A stretch of DNA of 64,000 nucleotides, taken from positions 72,032-136,031 of the forward strand of contig SVAL01000001.1 of assembly GCA_015059405.1 (NCBI GenBank), written 5' to 3'. Shown piece by piece: positions 35,802 through 46,783 of the stretch (positions are counted from its first letter, which is position 1; the number at the start of each line of letters is the position of its first letter). Source of the DNA: Bacillota bacterium (lineage in GTDB: Bacteria; Bacillota_I; Bacilli_A; RF39; UBA660). The position numbers and the translations under genes are program-made. The notes beneath the pieces are model-generated. The model ran no database searches. It worked only from the letters and a program-made list of their open reading frames with translations, and was not told the origin of the DNA.

Positions 35802-37097
35802 ATGATGGAAAAGGTTCCTTATAATTATATTGGTTTATTAACTTTTTTAAATATATTAAAATATGAAAACGTTAGAAAGATAAAAAAGATAGATTTTGAT
35901 AGATATCGTGATCTTTTAATTGAGAGGGTTAAAGATGAGACTAAGTTATTAGAGTTTTATCCGGTAGAAGAAGATTCTTTTGATAGTTTTTTAGATAAAT
36001 ATAGTGATATTATTTCTTTTGATGGAGAAGTTTTGTATTTAGATAAAGATATTAGTTTATCAGAAGTAGAAAAGAAAGTAGCTGAAATTCAAAAAGAAGA
36101 AGATATAGATGATATTTTTGATGTATTTGATTATCAAAGACAAATGCTTAATATTTTAGGTATTTCTTCTATTTACAACACTTTAAAGCAATATTGGGAT
36201 TTAGAAAGAAAAATAGAAGATATTTATATGAATTTAGATAAGAAAATAGATCCTAATTTAAAAAAGTATTTATTATGGCGTGGAATATTTTTAATTAATT
36301 TTAAGAATGCCAGTAGTTCTTTAATAGATGCGATTAAAAGCACATCTACTAGTATTGGTTTTGAAGAAGATGATTTTGATTATGAGGATTTTCCGATAGA
36401 TTTTACACATTTTGAATATCCTGATAAATATTCTAAAGATAAGGATGATTTATTTGATGATGTTAGTGATAGTTTGTTTTGGATATATCAATATGCCATT
36501 TTTGGAGATGAGTCTTTAAGTGCTCAAAAATTATGGAAAGATATTGATTATATTTATATGCATGAGTTGGATTCTTTAGAAGAGACAGAAGAGTTTGTTG
36601 AAGTTGATCCTTTCGAAGAGATAGATTTTTCTTTGTTTGATGATGAAGAGATAACAGAAATATTAAATGATGATTCTGATGAAGCTGATTATTTATTTTA
36701 TTTATTATATATTGATAAGATTAATGCTTTTAATGATGAATATGGAGAACAAGATGAATTATTAAAAGTGAAGAAAAGACTTTTATATGCTTTAGATAAA
36801 CCAGAAGTTTGTTTATTTAAAGATAGTAATTTTAAAGTAGAGTTAGAAAAGACTAGAGATGAGAATGAGGCTACTTTTGAACTTTTTAGTGACGAAGTTA
36901 GATATATGTCGAGTGAAGTGTTTTTAGTTCCTTATAATAAGAATACTCTTAAGAAGCTGTTGTTTATTTCTACTTATTATGAATTAAGTGAAGATGAAGT
37001 AGTTAAAGATATAATTGATTCTTATTCAGAACATGAACAATATAGTTTTTATAAAAGAGTTGTTTTTGGTGAACAAAAAAACAAAAGAAAACTATAA
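35802..37097 (+). CDS. Highly acidic hypothetical protein (431 aa), divergent from the RT locus
   Basis: Start moved to the ATG at 35802, behind RBS GGGGTGA. The track's TTG at 35688 would run through the RT promoter and ncRNA region. The protein has D/E-rich segments and no motif I recognise. Confidence 0.55.
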   Translation: MMEKVPYNYIGLLTFLNILKYENVRKIKKIDFDRYRDLLIERVKDETKLLEFYPVEEDSFDSFLDKYSDIISFDGEVLYLDKDISLSEVEKKVAEIQKEEDIDDIFDVFDYQRQMLNILGISSIYNTLKQYWDLERKIEDIYMNLDKKIDPNLKKYLLWRGIFLINFKNASSSLIDAIKSTSTSIGFEEDDFDYEDFPIDFTHFEYPDKYSKDKDDLFDDVSDSLFWIYQYAIFGDESLSAQKLWKDIDYIYMHELDSLEETEEFVEVDPFEEIDFSLFDDEEITEILNDDSDEADYLFYLLYIDKINAFNDEYGEQDELLKVKKRLLYALDKPEVCLFKDSNFKVELEKTRDENEATFELFSDEVRYMSSEVFLVPYNKNTLKKLLFISTYYELSEDEVVKDIIDSYSEHEQYSFYKRVVFGEQKNKRKL

Positions 37098-37189
37098 TTT
37101 GAGATTATAAGGGTATAGTTTTTCGTTATAATTATTGAAAATATAAGGTTTTTTTGTTATAATATCAATACTTTTTAGGGGGTGTTGAT

Positions 37190-37756
37190 ATGAATAGTTT
37201 ATTTACTTTAAAAGATAAAAAACATAACTTTCATTTATTAGCATTTCAATTTCATACTTTAGATTATTCAGTAGGGGTTTTAAAAAATAGACGTCAAGAA
37301 TTAAGAAGAAATCCAGTTTTAAAACAAAAGATAGATAATTATTTATTGATGCAAAAATTATATTTAAATCAAGAATTAAATAATTTGAAATTACCATTTG
37401 ATATTAGAAAAAACATACATGATTATATTAATGATCCCAATAATAAAGATTTATTAAATTATATGAATTTATGTCAACATATTGTTGCAAGGGAACTTGA
37501 TATGGCTGAGATTTGTTCTAAGATTGATTTTAGTGATAATATGTTTATATTAGAAGGAAAAAACTTATTTACGGTAAATGGATTTTTATCAACTGCTGGT
37601 AGTTTATATAACGATATTGAAAGAGATTTTCTATGTAGTTGTGCTAAAAGAAGTAAAAGAATAGTTAAGGTTAATAGTAGTAATACAGTTAATAAAACTA
37701 CACCTTTATATAATAGTAATTCTAATAGTAATAATAATTTGATGAGAGTTGCTTAA
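37190..37756 (+). CDS. Hypothetical protein (188 aa)
   Basis: RBS AGGGGGTG and extended -10 TGTTATAAT upstream. No motif recognised. Confidence 0.55.
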   Translation: MNSLFTLKDKKHNFHLLAFQFHTLDYSVGVLKNRRQELRRNPVLKQKIDNYLLMQKLYLNQELNNLKLPFDIRKNIHDYINDPNNKDLLNYMNLCQHIVARELDMAEICSKIDFSDNMFILEGKNLFTVNGFLSTAGSLYNDIERDFLCSCAKRSKRIVKVNSSNTVNKTTPLYNSNSNSNNNLMRVA

Positions 37757-37782
37757 AAGTAGAATATTGATTCTACTTTTTT
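37755..37782 (+). terminator. Intrinsic terminator
   Basis: agtagaat-attg-attctact stem followed by a T-run. Confidence 0.7.
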
Positions 37783-37836
37783 ATTTTAAATTATTTATTT
37801 TTATGATATTATATTTTTAGAATAAAGGGTGATATT

Positions 37837-38607
37837 ATGGATGGAAATAATAAAGAATTAAATATAAATAATAATAGTATTGATTCTAATAATGTTAATC
37901 AAGAAAATGTTGTTGGAAATAATGAAAATATAGTTATTAATACTAATACAGGTAATGAAACTATAAATAATGAAACTAATAATGTTGTTGTTAGTGAAAG
38001 TGTTAATAACGATAATGTTGTAGTAGAAGAAGTTAGTTTTAATTATCCAGAAGAGGTAAATACTTCAACTACAGAAACTAATACAACCTTGGAAGATGTA
38101 AATACAAATGTTGAAGTTAGTGCTCCTGCCCCTGTTGTTACAACAACCATAGAAGAAGTTAGTGTTAGTGGAACTTCTTTAGATGAAGTTGAGACTTCTA
38201 GTAATAGTGTTTTTAATGAAAAAAGTGAAGATATAGTTAGTGGAAGTATGAAAGAAGGACAAGAACATCGTGCTGAAAAAAAGGGAATTCCTTATGGAAT
38301 GTTGATTGGATTTGGAATTTTAATTGTTTGTGCTTTCTTTATTGAAGAAATAGTCGGTTTTGTTGAAGATTATCTTTTACCTAAAGACGAAGTGGTAGAA
38401 GAGAATAAAAAAGATGATAAGGAAACTGATAAGAAAGAAGAAGGAAAAGAAGATAAAGAAGAAGAAAAAGAAGAGGTAATTCCTGATAATAACGAAAATG
38501 ATGAAATTACTAATGATGATGTAGTTAATGATAATTCTAATGATTTAGAAGATGATACAAGTACAGATGTTAATGTAGATGATAATTCTTTTAATGATGG
38601 AGAATAG
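37837..38607 (+). CDS. Low-complexity single-pass membrane protein (Asn/Val/Glu-rich N-terminus, Lys/Glu/Asp-rich C-terminus)
   Basis: Central TM helix 'GIPYGMLIGFGILIVCAFFIEEIVGF'. The flanks are compositionally biased. Confidence 0.5.
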   Translation: MDGNNKELNINNNSIDSNNVNQENVVGNNENIVINTNTGNETINNETNNVVVSESVNNDNVVVEEVSFNYPEEVNTSTTETNTTLEDVNTNVEVSAPAPVVTTTIEEVSVSGTSLDEVETSSNSVFNEKSEDIVSGSMKEGQEHRAEKKGIPYGMLIGFGILIVCAFFIEEIVGFVEDYLLPKDEVVEENKKDDKETDKKEEGKEDKEEEKEEVIPDNNENDEITNDDVVNDNSNDLEDDTSTDVNVDDNSFNDGE

Positions 38608-38667
38608 TTTAAGAAGGTATTCCTTCTTTTCTTTTTATGGTATAATTAATAGTTGTTGGAGGTATTT

Positions 38668-39180
38668 ATGAATAAAGATAAAAAAAGAAATGATTATATT
38701 AGTTGGGATGAATATTTTATGGGGATTGCGAAGCTAGCCGCAATGCGAAGTAAGGATCCTAATACTCAAGTTGGATGTTGTATAGTTAGTCGTGATAATA
38801 GAATTTTATCTATTGGATATAATGGTGCGCCTAATGGATTTGATGATGATCATTTCCCATGGGGAAGAGAGGGACATAGATTAGATACTAAATATATGTA
38901 TGTTTGTCATGGTGAATTAAATGCTATTTTAAACTATCGTGGTAATACTAGTGATTTTAAGGATGGTAAGATTTATGTTCGTTACTTTCCTTGTAATGAA
39001 TGTGCTAAAGCTATTATTCAAGCTGGGATAAAGGAAGTTATTTATTCATATTCATATGATTATGATAATCATAGTGATGAAATGGAAGCCTCTATTCGTA
39101 TGTTTAAAGAGTGTGGAGTTAATTATCGTAAATTTAGTGCGGGAGATAGAAAGGAAATCGTTATTGATTTAAGTGAATAA
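38668..39180 (+). CDS. comEB: dCMP deaminase (ComEB family)
   Basis: Zinc-binding 'CHGELNAI' and 'PCNECAKAI'. Start moved to the ATG at 38668, behind RBS GGAGGT. Confidence 0.85.
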   Translation: MNKDKKRNDYISWDEYFMGIAKLAAMRSKDPNTQVGCCIVSRDNRILSIGYNGAPNGFDDDHFPWGREGHRLDTKYMYVCHGELNAILNYRGNTSDFKDGKIYVRYFPCNECAKAIIQAGIKEVIYSYSYDYDNHSDEMEASIRMFKECGVNYRKFSAGDRKEIVIDLSE

Positions 39181-39181
39181 G

Positions 39182-39556
39182 ATGAAGAGATTGGTATTTG
39201 TATTTATACTTGTTTTAGTATTTATGTGTGGTTGTAGTAGTGATACTACTCCTAAAGTAGTTAAGGTTAATAAAGATAAAGCTATGGAATTAATGAATGA
39301 TGGAGCTTTACTTGTTGATGTTAGAAGTTTAATAGAGTATAATCAAGGACATATTGATAAAGCAATTAATATTGATGTTCAAGATATTCTTAATATGACT
39401 GATAGTTTAGTATATGAAAATGCTAATATTAGTAAAGATAAGAAAATTATTGTATATTGTAGAAGTGGTTCTAGAAGCAGTAGTGCTGCTAGTAAGTTAA
39501 TTGAACTTGGATATAAAAATGTTTATGATTTAGGTTCTATTGATAATTGGAATTAA
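39182..39556 (+). CDS. Rhodanese-domain lipoprotein
   Basis: Lipobox 'VFMCGC' and the rhodanese active-site loop 'CRSGSRS'. Confidence 0.7.
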   Translation: MKRLVFVFILVLVFMCGCSSDTTPKVVKVNKDKAMELMNDGALLVDVRSLIEYNQGHIDKAINIDVQDILNMTDSLVYENANISKDKKIIVYCRSGSRSSSAASKLIELGYKNVYDLGSIDNWN

Positions 39557-39563
39557 TATTTAG

Positions 39564-40718
<1,155 letters not shown>

Positions 40719-40719
40719 T

Positions 40720-40977
40720 ATGAAAAGTGTTGAATTTAATCCAGTTGGTGTATGCTCTAAGAAAATGATAGTTGAATGTGATGATAATGAAATAATTACT
40801 AAGGTACAAATTATTGGTGGTTGTCCAGGTAATACTTTAGGAGTTAGTAAACTTTGTTTAGGAAAAAGCGTTGATGAAGTTATTTCGTTATTAGAAGGTG
40901 TAAGATGTGGAGCTAGAAGTTCTTCTTGTCCAGATCAACTTGCGAAAGCTTTAAAAAAATTAAAAGAAACTGATTAG
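40720..40977 (+). CDS. TSCPD-domain small protein (TIGR03905-like)
   Basis: 'GGCPGNTLGVSKL' and 'RCGARSSSCPDQLAKAL'. Start moved to the ATG at 40720. Confidence 0.6.
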   Translation: MKSVEFNPVGVCSKKMIVECDDNEIITKVQIIGGCPGNTLGVSKLCLGKSVDEVISLLEGVRCGARSSSCPDQLAKALKKLKETD

Positions 40978-41333
40978 TTTCTTTTTTTATTTATACCTAG
41001 AATACTACTTATAGTAATTATTAAAAGTATTAATATATAAATAATTATATTTATTATTTTTATTTCTTTTAATATAACTAATCTTAAAAATATAATAATA
41101 GAAATTATTATAGTACCTATAGTTAGTCCATTTATATAAGCTTTATTTTTACTTTTTATTCCTATATAGAATCCTGTTATTATAGTGGATATTGGTAGTA
41201 TTAATTTTTTTAAAATATTAATAGTATTAATATTAATTATATCTTTATGATAAAGAAATGTTATTAATAAAGTACTTATTAATATTATTCCTATAAATAT
41301 TAATAAACTTTTTATGTAATTTTTATAAGTCAT
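40974..41333 (-). CDS. Small 4-TM membrane protein
   Basis: Four hydrophobic segments. No motif recognised. Confidence 0.5.
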   Translation of the reverse strand: MTYKNYIKSLLIFIGIILISTLLITFLYHKDIININTINILKKLILPISTIITGFYIGIKSKNKAYINGLTIGTIIISIIIFLRLVILKEIKIINIIIYILILLIITISSILGINKKRN

Positions 41334-41405
41334 ATAATCACCTATTTAATAGTATGTTTGTATTAAAAATATATGATTTGGTTATAATATATTTGAGATG
41401 ATTAT

Positions 41406-42053
41406 ATGGATTATTTGGTAGTTTTGTTTAGAACTTTATTTTTTTATATTTTAATAACTTTAATTTATCGATTTATGGGTAAAAGAGAAATAGGGCAACT
41501 TGGGATTATAGATTTAATAGTGTCTATTTTAATTGCGGAATTTGCGGCTGTTTCTATTGAACAAAGAGAGGAGCCTCTTTTAATGTTTGTATTTCCAGTT
41601 TTTCTTTTATTGGTAATACAAGTAGTTATGAGTTTTATTTCTTTAAAAAGTAAAAAAGTTAGAGATTTATTTGATGGGAATCCATCGGTTATTATTAATA
41701 ATGGCATGATTAATTATAAAGAAATGGTAAAACAACGATATAATATGGAAGATTTAATGACGCAGTTAAGAGAAAAAGGAATTAGGTCTTTAGAAGAAGT
41801 TGATTTTGCGATATTAGAGAGTAGTGGTAATCTTTCGGTATTTAAAAAAAATTCTAAATTATTAGGGGAATATCCGCTTCCTGTTATTATAGATGGTGAG
41901 ATTGATTATGATACACTTAGACAACTTGAAATTAATGAAGAGTGGATTATTAATTATTTAGATAAATATAAAATTGGTTTGAGTGATGTTTTTTATGGAT
42001 TTTATAGAAATAAGAGTTTGTTTTTAATAAAGAAAATAGATTTAAGAAAATAG
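41406..42053 (+). CDS. DUF421 (YetF-like) membrane protein
   Basis: 'YRFMGKREIGQLGIIDLIVSILIAEFAA' followed by a C-terminal soluble domain. Confidence 0.65.
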   Translation: MDYLVVLFRTLFFYILITLIYRFMGKREIGQLGIIDLIVSILIAEFAAVSIEQREEPLLMFVFPVFLLLVIQVVMSFISLKSKKVRDLFDGNPSVIINNGMINYKEMVKQRYNMEDLMTQLREKGIRSLEEVDFAILESSGNLSVFKKNSKLLGEYPLPVIIDGEIDYDTLRQLEINEEWIINYLDKYKIGLSDVFYGFYRNKSLFLIKKIDLRK

Positions 42054-42138
42054 TGTAAAAAAATTGTATCCAGTTTGTTATTAATTTACTTCTATTATTT
42101 AGCATGTTATAATTATTTTAATAATAGGAGGGAATAAT

Positions 42139-43323
42139 ATGAAGGGTATCATTAATACTATTAAACATATTGATAAATGGTTACTTGTTGTATCTATTCT
42201 TTTGTTTGGTATTGGTACTATTATGATATTTTCATCTTCTAATGTTTCATTTTATATGAATGGGACTGCGAGTCCTTACAAATATTTAATTAGACAAATT
42301 ATTATTTTATGTACTGGTGTTGGTATAGGTGGTTTTTTCTTAGTTTTAAATTTAAGAAGTTCAACTAAATTTAGTTCTTTTTGTAATTATTTATTGCTTA
42401 TATCGTTATGGTTATTATTTGTATTTGGAAAAGTATCTAATAATGCACGAAGTTGGTTTGATTTAGGACCTTTTAATATTCAACCAAGTGAGTTTTTTAA
42501 AATATTTTCGATTGTTTGGTTAGCAAAGTATTTTGATGATAAAAACAAAGATTTTAATAAATTAACAACGGTTTTATTTCCTATATTTATGTGTGGTTTA
42601 GGTTTTTTAGCAATACTTTTACAACCGGATTTAGGAACGTCAATAATATTGTTTTTGATAGTTGCATTAGTATTTTTATTATCGACTATTCCAGCAAATA
42701 TAAAAAAGAATATGGTTTTATTTGGGATGGGTGCTTTAGTTATTGTTGTTTTATGGGGAATGGTTAGTGGTAAAGGTATTATATCAGATAGACAAATGTC
42801 TCGTATTACTAGTGTTTTTTCTTCTAGTAGTCCTTGTAGTGAAGAAAATTATTATACTACTGGGAACCAAGTTTGTAATGGATATATAGCTATTAATAAT
42901 GGTGGAATGAAAGGATTAGGACTTGGTAATAGTATTCAAAAATATTTATATTTACCAGAAGCGCATACTGACTTTATTTTTTGTATTATTATAGAAGAAT
43001 TAGGTCTTAGAACTGGTTTATTTATTCTTTTCTTATATATTGTTTTATTAACTAGAATTCTTTTGATAGGTAAGAGAAGTTTAAACAATAGAGATGCACT
43101 TATTTGTTATGGTGCTGCTTTTTATATTTTTGTTCATATAATGGTTAATTTATGTGGGGTATTTGGTATACTCCCAATGACTGGTGTTCCACTTCCTTTT
43201 ATGAGTTATGGTGGATCATATACATGGTGTTTAATTATAATTCTTTCTTTTGTACAAAGAGTTAATATAGAAACTAAAATGTTATCTATGAGGGAAGTAG
43301 GAAAAGAAAAGAAAAAAGCATAA
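42139..43323 (+). CDS. FtsW/RodA/SpoVE (SEDS) family peptidoglycan glycosyltransferase
   Basis: 'QPSEFFKI', 'LQPDLGT', 'EAHTDFIF' and 'TGVPLPFMSYGGS'. Confidence 0.85.
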   Translation: MKGIINTIKHIDKWLLVVSILLFGIGTIMIFSSSNVSFYMNGTASPYKYLIRQIIILCTGVGIGGFFLVLNLRSSTKFSSFCNYLLLISLWLLFVFGKVSNNARSWFDLGPFNIQPSEFFKIFSIVWLAKYFDDKNKDFNKLTTVLFPIFMCGLGFLAILLQPDLGTSIILFLIVALVFLLSTIPANIKKNMVLFGMGALVIVVLWGMVSGKGIISDRQMSRITSVFSSSSPCSEENYYTTGNQVCNGYIAINNGGMKGLGLGNSIQKYLYLPEAHTDFIFCIIIEELGLRTGLFILFLYIVLLTRILLIGKRSLNNRDALICYGAAFYIFVHIMVNLCGVFGILPMTGVPLPFMSYGGSYTWCLIIILSFVQRVNIETKMLSMREVGKEKKKA

Positions 43324-43347
43324 TAATCTCCTTAGGGAGGTTTTTTT

Positions 43348-44031
43348 ATGACATTAAAAGAGTTTTTCTATTTTTATAGAAAAGGAATAATTATATTTAT
43401 AGGTATTTTATTAATATTTTTATTTGGAGTTGGATATTTTTGCTACAATAAGTATTTTAAAGAAGATGCAATTTATGAAGAAGTTAATCCTTTTATAGAA
43501 GAGGTTAAAAAAGAAGAAGTTATTGAACTATGTTTTTTTGACATAAAAGGTGAAGTAAAGAAAACAGGTGTTTATTCAATGGATTGTAATTTAAGAATAG
43601 CTGATGCGATTAATCTGGCGGGAGGTCTTACTAAAAATAGTGATACTAGTGTTCTTAATTTAAGTAAGAAAATAGAAGATGGGATGGTTATTATTGTTTA
43701 TAGTAAGAGTGATGTATCTAACTATTTAAAAACATTAGAAAAAGAGGAGAAAAAGCAATCAATTTGTGGTAGTTCTAATATTAAGAATGATGCTTGTATA
43801 AATACTTCTAATAATAGTTATAATTCATCTAGTTCTTTAAGTTCTCTTATTAATATAAATACAGCATCTTTAAGTGAATTAATGACTTTGAGTGGGATAG
43901 GTGAAGCTAAAGCTAAAAATATTATTTCTTATAGAGAAAAGAACCCATTTAAGTCTATTGAAGATATATTAAATGTTGATGGTATAGGAGAAAGTATTTA
44001 CGTTAATATTAAGAAAAATATTACTGTATGA
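43348..44031 (+). CDS. comEA: Competence protein ComEA (membrane-anchored DNA receptor with SLBB and HhH domains)
   Basis: N-terminal TM helix. C-terminal 'INTASLSELMTLSGIGEAKAKNIISYREKNPFKSIEDILNVDGIGE'. Confidence 0.85.
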   Translation: MTLKEFFYFYRKGIIIFIGILLIFLFGVGYFCYNKYFKEDAIYEEVNPFIEEVKKEEVIELCFFDIKGEVKKTGVYSMDCNLRIADAINLAGGLTKNSDTSVLNLSKKIEDGMVIIVYSKSDVSNYLKTLEKEEKKQSICGSSNIKNDACINTSNNSYNSSSSLSSLININTASLSELMTLSGIGEAKAKNIISYREKNPFKSIEDILNVDGIGESIYVNIKKNITV

Positions 44032-44113
44032 TTATATTTATTATTTTATTTTTATAGTTAGTATTGTTTTTGTTTTATATAGAACTAATAATTGTAAAAT
44101 AGATTATTCATAT

Positions 44114-46045
44114 TTGAAAAATACATCTTTTGAAGGAATAATTTCAGATATATATATTAGTGATTCTAGTGTAAGTTTTGAATTAGATGGTAAATATAAG
44201 ATAAAGTGTAATTATTATGAAGAATATAATACAAAATTAAAACTAGGTGATAAAGTTATTGTTTATGGAGATATTTATATACCTAGTAATAATTCTAATT
44301 TTAATTTATTTAATTATAATGATTATTTAAAGTCTAAAAATATATATTATATTGTTAGTGTATCGAGTTATAAAAAAGTATCTGATAATAGAAATGTTTT
44401 CTATTTTTTAAAAAATAATATTATTTCTTTAATTAATAATAATTGTTCTTATAAGTATTTATATGCTTTTATATTGGGTGATAATAGATATATAAATGAT
44501 GATATTAGTTCTAATTATCAAGAATTAGGGATAAGTCATTTATTTAGTATTTCTGGGATGCATGTAGGTATATTATCTAGTGTTTTATTGTGGTTGATGA
44601 AGAAAATAAAGTTAAATGAGGAAATTAGAAGTTTTATTACTTGTATATTTATTATTTTTTTTATGTTTTTAGTTAATTTATGTCCATCTGTTTTAAGGAG
44701 TGGTATATTCTTTGTTTTAATAACGATTAATAATATTTATTATTTTCATATTAAATCTATTAATTTATTGTTACTTACGGTAAGTATTATTATATTTATG
44801 AATCCTTTTATTATATATAATAATGGTTTTTTATTTTCTTCTATTATAACAGGTAGTTTGATTGGTTTTAGTTCTATTATTAATAGAAAGAATAGTTATA
44901 TTGGAAAGTTATTTATGACTTCTTTTATTTCTTTTATATTTAGTTTTCCTTTATCTATATATAGTTATTATCAAATAAATATATTAAGTGTTTTTTATAA
45001 TTTAATATTTGTACCATTGGTATCTATAGTTATATTTCCTTTTTCATTAATTTCATTATTTATACCTTTTTTAGGAGGTTTTTTAAACATATTAATTAAT
45101 TTTATGGAGATTTTAGCTAACTTTTTTTCTATGATAAATACTAATGTTATTTTTATGAAACCTAGTTTTTATATTTTAGTATTTTATTATATTTTTATTG
45201 TTTTTATGTTTAAATTTAGGAATAAGTTTTTATATATTATTTTTATTATTATTATTTTAATTCATTATAATTATAATTTTATTTTTCCTAGTAATTATAT
45301 GATTATGATTGATGTAGGACAAGGGGATTCTATGTTACTTCATAGTGGTAATTTTAATATATTAGTTGATACAGGTGGGAATACTTATAATAGTGGTAGT
45401 ATTTCTAAAAATACATTAATTCCTTTATTTAAATCATTAGGTATTAGGAAAATTGATCATTTGTTTTTAAGTCATGGAGATTATGATCATTTAGGTGAGA
45501 GTTATCATTTGGTTAATAATTTTAAAGTTTCTAATGTTTATTTTAATGAAGGTGAGTTAAATGATAATGAAGATAAATTAATAAATTTATTGAAAAATAA
45601 AAATATAAATTATTTTATTAGTTATGATGGAGATTTTTATAAAATAGGAGATTATTCATTATATTCTTTGGGAACTAATTTAAATGATGAGAATGATAGT
45701 AGTATGATTTTGTATGGAATGATTAGTAATTATTCTTTTTTGCTTATGGGAGATGCGAGTATTAAAAGTGAGGATATATTACTAAATAAATATAATATTT
45801 CTAATATAGATATTTTAAAAGTAGGACATCATGGTAGTAAAACTAGTTCTAGTTTTAGGTTTATTAATAAAATTAATCCTAAATATTCTTTGATTAGTGT
45901 TGGTAAGGATAATAAGTTTAAACATCCTAATAAAGAGGTTTTAGATAATTTAAATGTTTCTACAGTTTATAGGACTGATATAGAAGGTAGTATTATGATT
46001 TTATTTTATAAAGATAAGTTTAGAGTTAAGACTAATAAAGCTTGA
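44114..46045 (+). CDS. comEC: DNA internalisation competence protein ComEC/Rec2 (competence domain plus MBL domain); the N-terminus is probably frameshifted, see findings
   Basis: 'LGISHLFSISGMHVG'. MBL part: 'IDVGQGDS', 'SHGDYDHLG', 'LKVGHHGSKTSS'. The only canonical start in frame is the TTG at 44114. Confidence 0.8.
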   Translation: MKNTSFEGIISDIYISDSSVSFELDGKYKIKCNYYEEYNTKLKLGDKVIVYGDIYIPSNNSNFNLFNYNDYLKSKNIYYIVSVSSYKKVSDNRNVFYFLKNNIISLINNNCSYKYLYAFILGDNRYINDDISSNYQELGISHLFSISGMHVGILSSVLLWLMKKIKLNEEIRSFITCIFIIFFMFLVNLCPSVLRSGIFFVLITINNIYYFHIKSINLLLLTVSIIIFMNPFIIYNNGFLFSSIITGSLIGFSSIINRKNSYIGKLFMTSFISFIFSFPLSIYSYYQINILSVFYNLIFVPLVSIVIFPFSLISLFIPFLGGFLNILINFMEILANFFSMINTNVIFMKPSFYILVFYYIFIVFMFKFRNKFLYIIFIIIILIHYNYNFIFPSNYMIMIDVGQGDSMLLHSGNFNILVDTGGNTYNSGSISKNTLIPLFKSLGIRKIDHLFLSHGDYDHLGESYHLVNNFKVSNVYFNEGELNDNEDKLINLLKNKNINYFISYDGDFYKIGDYSLYSLGTNLNDENDSSMILYGMISNYSFLLMGDASIKSEDILLNKYNISNIDILKVGHHGSKTSSSFRFINKINPKYSLISVGKDNKFKHPNKEVLDNLNVSTVYRTDIEGSIMILFYKDKFRVKTNKA

Positions 46046-46076
46046 TTGTATGATATAATTGATATAGAGGTGTTTT

Positions 46077-46637
46077 ATGTATTACCATGCTTCACAAACA
46101 AAAGGAATAAAAGTTTTAGAACCAAGAGTATCTAATCATAATATTCCTTTAATATATTTTTCTAATAAAAGAGAAAATGTTTTGGTTTATTTAAGTAATG
46201 CGATAGAAAAGTTTTGTAAAGAAACTAATTTTAAGTATGATGGAATTTATTCTAAATGGGGACCATATAGTTTTACTAAAGATGGAAGATTACAGTTAGA
46301 AGAATATTATCCTAATGCTACTTTTGAAACATATAAAGGAGTAGATGCATATATATACTATATAGAAGATGTTCCTGGTATTGAAGTTTTAGAAGGTATT
46401 TCTAATGCTTTTAAAACTTCTATTCCTACAAAGGTTGATTTTGTTGAATATATTCCTGATGCTTATGATGCAATTATGGAAGAAGTTAGTAAAGGGAATA
46501 TAGTCTTTGTTAAATATGAAGATTTTATTAAAGATAAAAAAGATTGGTTAGAAAATATAATAAAAAAAGAATATGATGAATCTGATACTCATCCTGAATA
46601 TAGATATTTTTTAAAATCTAAATTTACTTTTTTGTAA
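46077..46637 (+). CDS. Hypothetical protein (186 aa)
   Basis: Extended -10 TGATATAAT and RBS AGAGGTG upstream. No motif recognised. Confidence 0.55.
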   Translation: MYYHASQTKGIKVLEPRVSNHNIPLIYFSNKRENVLVYLSNAIEKFCKETNFKYDGIYSKWGPYSFTKDGRLQLEEYYPNATFETYKGVDAYIYYIEDVPGIEVLEGISNAFKTSIPTKVDFVEYIPDAYDAIMEEVSKGNIVFVKYEDFIKDKKDWLENIIKKEYDESDTHPEYRYFLKSKFTFL

Positions 46638-46783
46638 CTTTTTTTAAAATTTGTTCATAATATATAATAACGTTAGATATAACGTTTATATAGATTGAGA
46701 GCTTTGCTCTCTTTTTTTATTTAAATACTTTATTAACAAAATAAAATATGTTACAATGGATAGTAGTCGTGTGGAGGTGAAGC

